Shown piece by piece: positions 45,984-56,131 of a stretch of DNA of 64,000 bases. The stretch is from an uncultured bacterium (GTDB lineage: Bacteria; Patescibacteriota; Patescibacteriia; Patescibacteriales; UBA12465): NCBI GenBank assembly GCA_903874345.1, contig CAIQRY010000065.1, forward strand, positions 2,679 to 66,678, in the 5' to 3' direction. Position 1 is the stretch's first letter. Every line of letters starts with the position of its first letter. Below the pieces are notes generated by a model that worked only from the letters and a program-made list of their open reading frames with translations, was not told where the DNA came from and ran no database searches. The translations under genes were made by a program, and so were the position numbers.

Positions 45984-46657
45984 TAAAATTATTTATGAAA
46001 ATAAGCTGTGTTATTCCGGCTTACAATGAAGCTTCGCATATTCTCGCGGTCGTCACTCAAGTACGACCTTTTGTTAATGAGATAATTGTCGTTGACGATT
46101 GCTCGAAAGACGACACGGCTCGTTTGGCTAAAAACGCGGGTGCTTTGGTTCTACATCATGTGATTAATCGCGGCCAAGGGGCAGCGCTTAGGACTGGTAC
46201 GGCTTACGCTTTAATAAACGGGGCCGATATAATTATTCATTTCGACGCGGACGGTCAATTTTCGGCTACGGAAATTCCTGATCTGATCAGACCGATTTTG
46301 GAAAAACGCGCCGAAACAGTTTTAGGCTCCCGATTTTTAAATAAAAAATCGGACTTGCCTTGGAGCAAGGAACATCTGATTATGCCGCTGGCTCGTGGTA
46401 TCAACCGTCTATTTTTTAATATTCGCTTAAGCGACCCGCAGAGCGGTTTTCGCGCTCTCAGTCGCGACGCGGCTTCAAAAATAAAAATTCAAAACGACGG
46501 CATGGCGCATTGTAGCGAGATTTTATACCAATTAATGGCTAAGAAAATCAAAGTTCAAGAAGTGCCAATTACCGTCACTTATAACGAATACGGCCAAAAA
46601 TTTTCCGGCGGCCTAAAAATCATCAAAGATCTCTTAATCCAAAAATTAATTAACTAA
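45980..46657 (+). CDS. GT2 family glycosyltransferase (polyprenol-phosphate sugar transferase type)
   Basis: ISCVIPAYNE, VVDDCSKDDT, HFDADGQ (DxD). ATGA overlap with the upstream gene; true start may be the Met at 45995. Confidence 0.8.
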   Translation: MIKLFMKISCVIPAYNEASHILAVVTQVRPFVNEIIVVDDCSKDDTARLAKNAGALVLHHVINRGQGAALRTGTAYALINGADIIIHFDADGQFSATEIPDLIRPILEKRAETVLGSRFLNKKSDLPWSKEHLIMPLARGINRLFFNIRLSDPQSGFRALSRDAASKIKIQNDGMAHCSEILYQLMAKKIKVQEVPITVTYNEYGQKFSGGLKIIKDLLIQKLIN

Positions 46658-46658
46658 T

Positions 46659-46982
46659 ATGTTTCAACAAATTTTGGCTCTCATCATTATTATCTTTTTC
46701 CTCGTCCGTCTGTTCAGACAAAAAAAGAAGCAAAGCGTGAGTGGCAACGAATTTTTGCTTTGGCTAATTTTCTGGCTCTTGGCGGCCGCGGCCATTATTT
46801 TTCTAAAACCGATTGACCAGCTAGTTAAGGCCCTCGGCTTCTCGGGCGCAGCCATTAATATTCTGCTTTATATCACGGTTTTGATTCTTATTTATCTCGT
46901 CTTTCGTCTGCGTCTCACGATTGCTAAAATGGAAAAAAATATCAGCACGCTGAACGAGACTATCGCCATTAAAAAATTATGA
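46659..46982 (+). CDS. Small membrane protein, DUF2304-like GT2 partner
   Basis: 107 aa, two or three TM segments plus C-terminal helix. Typical companion of DPM-synthase-like GT2 genes. Confidence 0.5.
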   Translation: MFQQILALIIIIFFLVRLFRQKKKQSVSGNEFLLWLIFWLLAAAAIIFLKPIDQLVKALGFSGAAINILLYITVLILIYLVFRLRLTIAKMEKNISTLNETIAIKKL

Positions 46983-48106
46983 AAATTGCCCAAATCGTTT
47001 GCGTCTATCCTCCTTACGCCGGTGGCATTAGTAATAGCGCGTCAAAAGTGACCAAACTTTTAGCCGGTCACCATACGATTGTTAATTTTACACCGACAAC
47101 TTTAACACCGTGGCTGAAATATGGCCACGGCGCTTTTTTACCGCAACTTTTATGGCGTTTGCGAGGCTTTGATTATATTTACTTACATTACCCTTTCTTC
47201 GGGACAGCGGAAGTCGTTTGGCTATTTAAATTATTTTGCCGAAAACCGAAACTCATCGTTCATTATCATATGGACGTTAAGAACCTTAGCTTACTCGCAA
47301 GAATTTTAAGTTTCCCGAGTCGGCTTATCCGTTATTCTTTATTGAAACAGGCCGAGACCATCGTCACCGCCAGCCTTGACTATGTTGAGCATAGCCAAAT
47401 TAAAAAATTCTATGCCGCTTATCCCTCAAAATTTAAAGAGATTCCTTTCGGCCTTGATTTAAACGAATTCCAACCAAAATTAATTAACCGCGATTTAGGG
47501 AACGGCGTTTTGGGCAAAGCTAAGGAGATTGTTCATTATATTAACGATCATTTTATTAAACGAAATCGTCTTAATCTCTTATTCGTCGGGGCACTCGATT
47601 CGGCCCATTATTTCAAAGGCGTTGCTATCTTGCTTAACGCTTTGGTCGTGACGACGCCGCGTCATTGGCAATTAACTATTGTGGGCGACGGTAACTTGCG
47701 ACCCGAATACGAAGCCTTGGCCCGCGAACTCAAAATCGAGAAACAGGTAGAATTTACCGGTAAACTTGGGGGTAGCGATTTAGTGCGTCAATTCCAGAAT
47801 GCTGATTTATTCGTTTTGCCATCGATTAACAGTAACGAAGCGTTCGGTATTGTTCTAACCGAAGCTTTGGCTTGCGGCGTACCGGTTATCGCTTCGGATC
47901 TACCCGGCGTCCGCCGCGTCTTTACGGATCATCAGGAGGGATTATTAATTACACCCGGTAGTGTTCAAGATTTAAAAAAGAAAATAGAATTTATTTTAAA
48001 TAACGAAGAGCTGCGCCGGACAATGGCGGTTAGCGCCCGACGTCTCGCGGAAGAAAAGTATGATTTGAGCGTAATGGGGCATAGACTGGAAGAATTGTTT
48101 ACATAG
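46979..48106 (+). CDS. GT4 family glycosyltransferase
   Basis: 375 aa; GT-B C-terminal motif EAFGIVLTEALACGVPVIASDLPGV. Confidence 0.8.
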   Translation: MKIAQIVCVYPPYAGGISNSASKVTKLLAGHHTIVNFTPTTLTPWLKYGHGAFLPQLLWRLRGFDYIYLHYPFFGTAEVVWLFKLFCRKPKLIVHYHMDVKNLSLLARILSFPSRLIRYSLLKQAETIVTASLDYVEHSQIKKFYAAYPSKFKEIPFGLDLNEFQPKLINRDLGNGVLGKAKEIVHYINDHFIKRNRLNLLFVGALDSAHYFKGVAILLNALVVTTPRHWQLTIVGDGNLRPEYEALARELKIEKQVEFTGKLGGSDLVRQFQNADLFVLPSINSNEAFGIVLTEALACGVPVIASDLPGVRRVFTDHQEGLLITPGSVQDLKKKIEFILNNEELRRTMAVSARRLAEEKYDLSVMGHRLEELFT

Positions 48107-48128
48107 GTAGCTCATACATTAATAAAAA

Positions 48129-49184
48129 ATGAAAATTGCTTTACTCAACAATTTATATGAGCCTTTTAACCGCGGCGGCGCGGAAAAAGTCGTTTCTCTC
48201 CTGGCCCAGGATTTTATTAATCAGGGCCACGAGGTTTTTATTATTACGACTAGACCAATAAATGCAACCGAACCGAAGATCGATTCGCTTAAAGTTTATT
48301 ATCTCCCGTCCCGCTATTATGACTTAAACAGGCTTTCAAAAATGGCGCGTTTCTTTTGGCAGGTCGGGAATGTCTTTGATTTGGTCCAGACGAAAAAAGT
48401 GAAGGCCATCCTAAAAAAAGAGAAACCGGATTTAATCTCCACTCATAATCTCATGGGCCTAAGTTTTTTAACCCCGCGTCTTATCCGTTGCTTAAAAATT
48501 CGTCAGGAACATTATCTCCACGATATTCAGCTACTTCACCCCTCCGGTCTGATGTTTTACGGCCAAGAAAAAAAAATAGATTCCCTGTCCGCTAAATTTT
48601 ATCAATTATTCACCCGCTGTTTCTTTGCTTCCCCGGTCAAAGTAATTTCTCCGTCCGAGTGGCTTATGGAACAATATAAACAACGCGGTTTTTTTCGCCG
48701 TTCCGAATTAGAAGTTAGACCTTTTAAATTAGCACCGGAACAAAAAATAGTTAATCAGCCAGCGAGAACGAGCGGCCGCCATTTCCTCTACGTCGGTCAG
48801 ATGGAGGATCATAAAGGGATTTTCTTATTAATTAATGCTTTTAAAAAATTACCAGATAAGCAGGCAAAACTTATTATGGTCGGCGACGGCACTAAATTAT
48901 CAAGGGCCAAGGAACAAGCCTCAACCGACCAAAGAATTAGTTTTTGGGGTAAGTACCAGGGCCAGGAATTAGAAAAGCTCATGGCCCAAAGCGACTACTT
49001 AGTAATTCCTTCTCTGTGTTATGAAAATTCGCCAACCACTATTTTAGAAGCCCATGCTTGCGGCGTCCCGGTTATCGCCGCGCGTATCGGAGGAATTCCG
49101 GAGATTACCAATCGGGACGATAAATTATTTGAACCTGGGAATGAGACGGACTTACTCAATAAATTGCAATCTCAACCTTCTTGA
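48129..49184 (+). CDS. GT4 family glycosyltransferase
   Basis: 351 aa; ENSPTTILEAHACGVPVIAARIGGIPE. Confidence 0.8.
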   Translation: MKIALLNNLYEPFNRGGAEKVVSLLAQDFINQGHEVFIITTRPINATEPKIDSLKVYYLPSRYYDLNRLSKMARFFWQVGNVFDLVQTKKVKAILKKEKPDLISTHNLMGLSFLTPRLIRCLKIRQEHYLHDIQLLHPSGLMFYGQEKKIDSLSAKFYQLFTRCFFASPVKVISPSEWLMEQYKQRGFFRRSELEVRPFKLAPEQKIVNQPARTSGRHFLYVGQMEDHKGIFLLINAFKKLPDKQAKLIMVGDGTKLSRAKEQASTDQRISFWGKYQGQELEKLMAQSDYLVIPSLCYENSPTTILEAHACGVPVIAARIGGIPEITNRDDKLFEPGNETDLLNKLQSQPS

Positions 49185-49256
49185 CAAAAAATAAATTAAA
49201 TTCTAATATAAAAGATTCTTTAACAACGCAATAAACAAAAAAACAATAACTACACC

Positions 49257-49694
49257 ATGAAAAAAACCGAAATCAATTTACTGAAATTCTTGTTGGAAAA
49301 TTCTCGTATTGAAGAAATCCGAATTTGCCTACAGCTTGATCAACCCGGGAAATTTGCGTATGCTCTTCCTGTTTTACAGACCTTAAAAAACAGCTTCGTC
49401 AAAAAAGGCGAGCTAATACCTATCCAGTCAATCGCGGCCGTAACCGAGGAAAAAATCGCCGTCACAATCGGAGATTTGAAAACGATTGCCACTGTCAACC
49501 TAAAAAGAAAACATTTTCGTTCGGCCGCTCGGGCCGCCGCTCTCTTAAGTATTGGCCAAAGCAACGGACTCCGCCAAAAGATTCTTGATGGCGCGGTTAA
49601 AAAAGCCCACAAAGAAAAAGGACATCCGCTCTTTGCTCAAAACGTCACCTACGTCATGGAAACTCTGTTTCCGAATAAAACTCTGATACTTTAG
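49257..49694 (+). CDS. Hypothetical protein
   Basis: 145 aa ORF, no motif recognised. Confidence 0.45.
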   Translation: MKKTEINLLKFLLENSRIEEIRICLQLDQPGKFAYALPVLQTLKNSFVKKGELIPIQSIAAVTEEKIAVTIGDLKTIATVNLKRKHFRSAARAAALLSIGQSNGLRQKILDGAVKKAHKEKGHPLFAQNVTYVMETLFPNKTLIL

Positions 49695-49731
49695 AAATTT
49701 ATTTTTCCGTATTTTCAAAAACCAAACTCTC

Positions 49732-50160
49732 ATGGAAAAAGACACCGCTATCAATTTCTTTATTTTCCTTTTATCCGGAACATCAATAAACGGCCGCCAG
49801 GAAGAATTCTACGCTAAATTCATCAAGCCGGAATGGCACGAAAAAATTCTGGCTCAACTCTTAAATCATGGCCTTGTTAATGAAATCGAGTATTTTTTCA
49901 AAGTCACTAACCAGGAAATTTCCTTGAACTTCGAGGAAGTCCATACCTTAGTCAGAGTAAACCGCGAAAAGAAACTTTTCAATCAAGCCCTGAAAGCCGC
50001 TACCTACCACAGTGGTGCTGGCACCAAAAAAGCATCTTTCGACTCAACCCTCCAGCAAGCTCTGGAATTCTACTTAACTAACCCGAATGATGAAAAAATC
50101 GATGCCGCGGTCCATAATGTGGTCGCGACCTATCTCAAACATTACCCCATCATCAAATAA
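49732..50160 (+). CDS. Hypothetical protein
   Basis: 142 aa ORF, no motif recognised, followed by a terminator. Confidence 0.45.
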   Translation: MEKDTAINFFIFLLSGTSINGRQEEFYAKFIKPEWHEKILAQLLNHGLVNEIEYFFKVTNQEISLNFEEVHTLVRVNREKKLFNQALKAATYHSGAGTKKASFDSTLQQALEFYLTNPNDEKIDAAVHNVVATYLKHYPIIK

Positions 50161-50172
50161 TCTTGCCTACTC

Positions 50173-50205
50173 AAAAGGCCGATCACTGAGACCGGCCTTT
50201 TTTAT
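50173..50205. terminator. Bidirectional rho-independent terminator between convergent genes
   Basis: AAGGCCG...CGGCCTT stem followed by TTTTTTATTT on plus and an A-run upstream (U-run on minus). Confidence 0.7.
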
Positions 50206-50220
50206 TTGTTTTACTTAATT

Positions 50221-51246
50221 TTAATTTATCCCGAAACTTTTCAACTTCTTATTCGCCTCAATATCAAAAATCGTTTTCTTCAAACCATTGTCGAGTGTGA
50301 CGACCGGCATCCAATTAAGCTCATTCTTAGCCAAAGTAATATCGGGGAGAATTAATTCGGTCACGAATAATTTGCGGTCGCTATAAACGATTTTAGAAGC
50401 GGAACCGGTTTCTTTAATAATTTTCTCCGCCACTTTCGTCAGATTAATATCCACGTCTGAGCCAATATTAAGCGGCTTAATTATTTCCGAATTCATTAAT
50501 TTAATAATCGCGTCAAGCGCATCTTCAATATAACAAAAGGCTGAGGAAAAATTAGCGTCGCCGTTAATAACGACGTCCCGATTATCCAAAGCGCTATTAA
50601 TATAATCCGGAATCATTTGATCGTCTTCCTGCTCCATACGCGGACCATAAATTCTAAACAGACGAGCGATTTTCGTATCTAAACCATAAAGCGCGTTATA
50701 GTTAGCGACTAAAGTCTCGGCAAAACGCTTTCCTTCGTCATAAGCACTCCTATCTGACAAGAAATCGACGCGGCCTAAATCGCTTTCTTTAACTTTTAAT
50801 TCGGAATCTTCTGCTCGGCGCGGACCGTAAACAACGCAGGAAGAGGCGTGTAGAAATTTAGACTGGTACTTCACGGCTAAATCCAATAAATTCTTAACGG
50901 CATAAGAATTAGCCAGAAGAGTCGCTAGGCGATTAGTTAAAAAATCCTTGGGCGAACTCGGACAGGCGAGATTATAAATTTCCTGCAGGCCCTGGAATTC
51001 AATTTTAAAATTCTCCAAATCTTCCAAGCTTTCTAAATCTAGCGGCTTAGACAAATCATGATTAATAAAAACAAAATCTGGATTGGCTAAAAGATGGTCA
51101 ATGTTCCGCTCGCTCCCGGAAATAAAATTATCCACGCAAATTACTTTGCAGGTCTTGATTAATTCATCGCAAAGATGCGAACCGATAAAACCGGCGCCGC
51201 CAGCCACGAGCACATTTTTCTTATCAAAGATAACTTGTTTCGACAT
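50221..51246 (-). CDS. NAD-dependent epimerase/dehydratase family protein (UDP-glucuronate decarboxylase-like)
   Basis: 341 aa; VAGGAGFIGSHL Rossmann motif, catalytic YDEGK (YxxxK). Confidence 0.75.
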   Translation of the reverse strand: MSKQVIFDKKNVLVAGGAGFIGSHLCDELIKTCKVICVDNFISGSERNIDHLLANPDFVFINHDLSKPLDLESLEDLENFKIEFQGLQEIYNLACPSSPKDFLTNRLATLLANSYAVKNLLDLAVKYQSKFLHASSCVVYGPRRAEDSELKVKESDLGRVDFLSDRSAYDEGKRFAETLVANYNALYGLDTKIARLFRIYGPRMEQEDDQMIPDYINSALDNRDVVINGDANFSSAFCYIEDALDAIIKLMNSEIIKPLNIGSDVDINLTKVAEKIIKETGSASKIVYSDRKLFVTELILPDITLAKNELNWMPVVTLDNGLKKTIFDIEANKKLKSFGIN

Positions 51247-51256
51247 ATGATTTAAA

Positions 51257-53284
51257 CTAATTATTTACTTTTATTATACCAAGATTAACACCGCCGCTCC
51301 AGCTCTCTTCATAAGCGTAGAAAGATTCTAAGAGCCTTCCCTGCCCGTCAAAAACACGAACATGCGGCGCGGCGCCAGAGAGAGCGCTCACCGCTATTTC
51401 GCTAATACCATCATTATTCAAATCACCGGCCACGACATTCATGCCGCCCTGCCAATTTTTACTATAAACCAAGAACTGTTTAATTAAATTCGCATCATTA
51501 TCAAAAACCTTAACCAAAGGGTCGCGACCCCGACCGGGAGCGGTAATTATTTCAGCGCGGCTATGATTACTGCGCCCATTAATATTTGCTACCGCGATTT
51601 TGACGCCGCCTTTAAAAGTTTTTTCGTAAGGAAAGAAAGATTTAAGCAGGCGACCGCTCGTCGTATAAATCCTTACCTGAGGCGAATTACCCGACCCATA
51701 ACCAATCGCGACTTCCGCTTGGCCGTTGCCGTCTAAGTCGCCCACCGCAATATTTAAACCGCCCAGCCAGTTTTTATCCGTAACCAAAAACTGTTTTTCG
51801 AGCCGACCCGAAAAATCAAAGATTTTTAATTGTCCGGCGCCACCAGTCGCTGGTACAGTTAAAATCTCCGCCTGATTATCATTATTAATATCGGCTACTG
51901 CTACTTTTAATCCCCCTCGAAAAGTTTTGGGCCAAGCTAAAAATTTCTTAATTAATTTACCTTTCTGGTCATAAATAAAAATATTCGGTTCAGTACCTGG
52001 CGCGGCGCCAAAAATAATTGCCTCTTGGCCAGTTCCCGCCACGTCGCCAGTCGCGATACTTTGTCCGCTATGATTATCTTTTTTAACCGGCCAAGCCTGA
52101 ACCAAGTCGCCGTTACTAGCTGTTATTTTTAAATCCTTTTGGCCAGAGGCTGGAATACTAATCAGACGCCGGACATGATCATAAAGTCTGTCTTTGGCCA
52201 TTTGCACCGCGCGGTCCACATTTAAACGGCCATTACCTAATTGTCCTAAATAACTAGGATTGAGGCGGTTAATATTATCCGTCGAGGCAAATAAAATATT
52301 CACTATTTCTCGCTGACTTAATTCCGGATTGGCTTGGGCAATTAAGGCCAGAGTCGCTGTGACTAGAGGCGCCGCCATGGATGTTCCGGACCAATAGCCA
52401 TCATAATACTTATTCGGATTAGCCGGATCGCTCCCCGGGGTTGCGGCATTAAAAAAACTGATGCCCGGCGCGGTTAAATCAACGCAATGAAAACCATAAC
52501 TGGAAAAACGCGCTTTTTGATCAAGAGCGTCTGTCGCCGCCACGCCAATCACCATATTTTCCCCCTGATCGCCATCATAACAAGCGGGATAAATCGGTGT
52601 TTTATCAATATCATAACCCTCACCGCTCACTTGATCGTTCCCGGCCGCGGCGACAATAATTATGCCGGCGTCATGGGCGCGTTTAATCGCTTCCTGGAGA
52701 GCTTCGGAATAATTAAAACTAACAAAACTTAAATTAATAATATCCGCTCCATTACTAATCGCGTAATCAATCGCTCGAATAACGTCGCTAACTTTCCCAG
52801 CGCCTTTATCGTCAAGCGCTTTAAGCGCCATAATCTTGGCCTGCCAAGTAACTCCGGCCACGCCTTCGTTATTGTTTCCTTCGGCCGCGATAATGCCTGT
52901 CACCATCGTCCCGTGAGAAACACCGGCTTCAGTCCAGCCCGTCGCAAATTTCGGCGAGGGGTCAGGTACATTATTTACGAAATCCCAGCCATGGATATCA
53001 TCAATAAAACCGTTATGATCGTCATCCTTGCCGTTAGTGGCCACTTCTTTTTTATTCGTCCAGATATTATTTTTTAAATCAGGATGACTAATATTAATAC
53101 CCGAATCAATTACGGCAATAACTATGTCCGGGCTAGCAGAAATTTTTTCCCAGGCACTATCCGCCTTGATTTTCTGCAAATACCACTGATTGCCATAAAA
53201 AGGGTCGTCGGGCGTAACCGTCGCCAAAACCGGCTCTACGCAAAGGAGAGAGAGTATAAAAAAAGATGTTATCAGTTTCTTCAT
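51257..53284 (-). CDS. Secreted subtilisin-like (S8) serine protease with C-terminal FG-GAP-type repeat domain
   Basis: Signal peptide from Met at 53284 (the ORF track's upstream TTG start at 53326 would overlap the next gene). D-H-S triad blocks VIDSG, HGTMVTGIIAA, GTSMAAPLVTA. Then five or more repeats of the GDxxGxGQxExxxG / DxNNDxxxE calcium-binding FG-GAP pattern. Confidence 0.8.
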   Translation of the reverse strand: MKKLITSFFILSLLCVEPVLATVTPDDPFYGNQWYLQKIKADSAWEKISASPDIVIAVIDSGINISHPDLKNNIWTNKKEVATNGKDDDHNGFIDDIHGWDFVNNVPDPSPKFATGWTEAGVSHGTMVTGIIAAEGNNNEGVAGVTWQAKIMALKALDDKGAGKVSDVIRAIDYAISNGADIINLSFVSFNYSEALQEAIKRAHDAGIIIVAAAGNDQVSGEGYDIDKTPIYPACYDGDQGENMVIGVAATDALDQKARFSSYGFHCVDLTAPGISFFNAATPGSDPANPNKYYDGYWSGTSMAAPLVTATLALIAQANPELSQREIVNILFASTDNINRLNPSYLGQLGNGRLNVDRAVQMAKDRLYDHVRRLISIPASGQKDLKITASNGDLVQAWPVKKDNHSGQSIATGDVAGTGQEAIIFGAAPGTEPNIFIYDQKGKLIKKFLAWPKTFRGGLKVAVADINNDNQAEILTVPATGGAGQLKIFDFSGRLEKQFLVTDKNWLGGLNIAVGDLDGNGQAEVAIGYGSGNSPQVRIYTTSGRLLKSFFPYEKTFKGGVKIAVANINGRSNHSRAEIITAPGRGRDPLVKVFDNDANLIKQFLVYSKNWQGGMNVVAGDLNNDGISEIAVSALSGAAPHVRVFDGQGRLLESFYAYEESWSGGVNLGIIKVNN

Positions 53285-53319
53285 ATAACATCTAAATAAT
53301 AGCACAATTAATAGTATTT

Positions 53320-54531
53320 TTACCAATTTTCCAGCTCAGAAAGCGTTTCCGTCGCACATTTTTTCCAACTGAATTCTTTAGCGCGCGCCAAACCCTTCTC
53401 TTTTAGTATTTGGCGTAAATTACCGTCGGTTGCAATCTGGGCCATGGCGGCGGCAATCAACCGTTTATCATTCTGATTAAAATACAAAACCGCGTCCGAG
53501 GCAATTTCTCTTAGTACTGGAATATCAGAAACCGCCGTCGGTAGTCCGCAGGCAAGAGCTTGCAAAACCGGGATTCCAAAGCCTTCATGTTTAGACGGAA
53601 AAATAAACGCGGTCGCGCCGTGGAATAAATAAGGTAAGTCCGCCTCAGTAATCCAACCGGGCATCATCACTTCCCGTTCCAAATCAAATTCTTCAATCGC
53701 ATATTTAACTTCATCATAACCGAAGCTCGCGTCGCCAGATAAAACTAACTTAATCTTAATTTCCGGATGATCTTCGTGTAAAATAGCGAGCGCTTCAATT
53801 AAGGCCGGCGTATTTTTTTTCTTCTCCAGACGACCGACATATAAAAAATACGGTTGTTCTAAACCATATTTTATCAAAACATCCGCTATTTTTTCCGAAT
53901 GAACGTTAGCCTGATACAAGGCATCATTATAACCGTTGTGAACGACTTTAATTTTTGTTTCTTTGGTCTTCGGATATAAGCTTAAAATTTCTTGCTTCGT
54001 GAAATGAGAAACCGTAATTATTTTCCGCGCGTGACGCAAAGCAAAGGCTGTCGACCAATATAAATAGTCAACGGAATTGGATTGATATTTACCGAGTGTA
54101 AAGATTTTAATCAAACCATTTAAGACTCGGCGCGAACCCGGGATATGCTGTTTGAGTTTCTGGGAACGATATAAATTTTGCTCGCGAACAAAAGCGATAT
54201 CATGAATCGTATTAACGGTTCGGCGCGGGAAAAACAAGGGTAAAGTATGAGCCGGAATAAAGAGGACATCGGGTCGGCGCCAAATCATTTCCCAGGACAA
54301 GCGGCCGAGCGTCCAAAAAGCATAAAACGGCCAATTTAGATAATGACAAGAAAAATTAGAATTAGTTTTAATCGCTTCTAAGAGTTCGGGCGAAGCCGGC
54401 GCGTCCAAATACAAACGGTACTTATTTTTATGGTCAATGGCCGCTAAATTTTTAATCAAGTAGAACGAATACCACTCGGTTCCGGTCTTGCGTTGACGAT
54501 TCGCCCGCGAAGCGTCGATACCGATAACCAT
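53320..54531 (-). CDS. GT4 family glycosyltransferase
   Basis: 403 aa; HEGFGIPVLQALACGLPTAVSDIPVLREI. Confidence 0.8.
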   Translation of the reverse strand: MVIGIDASRANRQRKTGTEWYSFYLIKNLAAIDHKNKYRLYLDAPASPELLEAIKTNSNFSCHYLNWPFYAFWTLGRLSWEMIWRRPDVLFIPAHTLPLFFPRRTVNTIHDIAFVREQNLYRSQKLKQHIPGSRRVLNGLIKIFTLGKYQSNSVDYLYWSTAFALRHARKIITVSHFTKQEILSLYPKTKETKIKVVHNGYNDALYQANVHSEKIADVLIKYGLEQPYFLYVGRLEKKKNTPALIEALAILHEDHPEIKIKLVLSGDASFGYDEVKYAIEEFDLEREVMMPGWITEADLPYLFHGATAFIFPSKHEGFGIPVLQALACGLPTAVSDIPVLREIASDAVLYFNQNDKRLIAAAMAQIATDGNLRQILKEKGLARAKEFSWKKCATETLSELENW

Positions 54532-54550
54532 ATATCAATTTATTTTAAAT

Positions 54551-55567
54551 TTATTTGGTGGCTAAGATGCTGCGTTTATAAGAATCCAGATTATCCAAAG
54601 CGATTCCGGTTCCCTTAACAACACAAAGCATGGCGTCGTCGGCCACATAAGCCGGAACGCCGGTCGTGCGCGCGATAAGCTGATCGATATTTCGAAGAAG
54701 CGCACTACCGCCGGTTAAGACGATTCCCTTATCCATGATATCCGCCGCCAGTTCCGGCGGTGTTTTTTGTAAAACTTTTTTGGCCGCGGAAATAATCGCT
54801 TCGAGTTCGTTCTGAATCGCTTCGGTCACGTCATCACTTGAAACAGTAATGCTTCGTGGCAAGCCCGTCACGATATCGCGACCACGAATCTCTAAATGCA
54901 ATTTATCTTCCATATACAAAGCCGAGCCGATATTAATCTTAATTTCTTCCGCGGTTCGTTCGCCAATGGCTAAATTATATTTCCGGCGCACATATTCCAA
55001 GATTGCCGCGTCAAACTTATTACCGCCCACGCGGACCGAAGTCGAAGCAACGATACCGCCTAAAGAGATAACGGCCATTTCCGCTGTTCCGCCGCCGATA
55101 TCAATCACCATATGCCCGGTTGAAGAGCCAATCGGAATATCGGCGCCAATCGCCGCGGCGACTGGTTCTTTAATGATATAGGCAGCTTTGGCGCCGGCGG
55201 CAATAGTTGCTTCAATTACGGCGCGCCTTTCCGTCGAAGAAATACCAGCCGGGACAGCTACCATCACTTCCGGTCGAAATAAGCGAACGCCGCCTAAGGT
55301 TTTATTAATAAAATAGCGGATCATGGCTTCGGTTGCCTTATAATCCGCAATCACTCCGTCTTTTAGGGGCCGAACGGCCATAATCGTATCTGGGGTGCGG
55401 CCAATCATGTCTTTCGCTTCATTACCCACGGCTAAAATCTTCTTATCGTCCAACGATACCGCCACTACGCTCGGTTCATTAATAACAATCCCGCGCTTCG
55501 GCAGGTGTACTAAAGTATAGGTTGTTCCGAGATCGATCCCGATTCGTTTAATAAACATAAGTGGCAA
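54551..55567 (-). CDS. mreB: Actin-like rod-shape protein MreB paralog
   Basis: 338 aa; IGIDLGTTYT phosphate-1, VIDIGGGTAEMAV, MreB family throughout. Second copy besides the one at 60440-61480. Confidence 0.85.
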   Translation of the reverse strand: MPLMFIKRIGIDLGTTYTLVHLPKRGIVINEPSVVAVSLDDKKILAVGNEAKDMIGRTPDTIMAVRPLKDGVIADYKATEAMIRYFINKTLGGVRLFRPEVMVAVPAGISSTERRAVIEATIAAGAKAAYIIKEPVAAAIGADIPIGSSTGHMVIDIGGGTAEMAVISLGGIVASTSVRVGGNKFDAAILEYVRRKYNLAIGERTAEEIKINIGSALYMEDKLHLEIRGRDIVTGLPRSITVSSDDVTEAIQNELEAIISAAKKVLQKTPPELAADIMDKGIVLTGGSALLRNIDQLIARTTGVPAYVADDAMLCVVKGTGIALDNLDSYKRSILATK

Positions 55568-55657
55568 ATAAATACTAATACATCTTAGTATTTTTTGATA
55601 GTTTAGTCAAACAACAAAAGGCCGCGTTCGACGTGGCCTTTTTATTTATTTTAAATT

Positions 55658-56101
55658 CTAATCTATTTCCATGCCTTCTTCTTGACCATCATCCTCACCG
55701 CGTCTTTCTTTCTTATCCTGATTGCGGATAATTTTCTTTACTTTCTCCGCGAACTCGAAGGTATCGAATTCTTCTTTAAAGAAAATATAATCCGCGCCAA
55801 GCTCTAAGCTGCGTTGACGACTATCTTCATCGGAAATATCGGTAAAAATATAAATCTGGACTTCGGATAACTCTTCATCTTCTTTCATTTTCTTAATAAT
55901 TTCAAAACCGTCCAATTTCGGGAGAATTAAATCTAAAATCAAATATTGCGGCGAAAACTCTTTCAGGCGTTTGAGTATTTCTTCTAACTCTTCATCGCCC
56001 TCGGAAGTTTCGACTTCGTAGTCGTCCGCCGTAAATTGCGACTCCAGACCGTAAAGAATGCTGGCGTCGTCTTCGATAATAAAAAGTTTTTTATCGTCCA
56101 T
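55658..56101 (-). CDS. Stand-alone response-regulator receiver domain protein with an acidic tail
   Basis: 147 aa; IIEDD acidic pocket, LILDLILPKLDG phospho-acceptor region, no output domain. Confidence 0.65.
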   Translation of the reverse strand: MDDKKLFIIEDDASILYGLESQFTADDYEVETSEGDEELEEILKRLKEFSPQYLILDLILPKLDGFEIIKKMKEDEELSEVQIYIFTDISDEDSRQRSLELGADYIFFKEEFDTFEFAEKVKKIIRNQDKKERRGEDDGQEEGMEID

Positions 56102-56131
56102 ATTTTTGTTTGCCCCCGATAGCGGGGTAAA

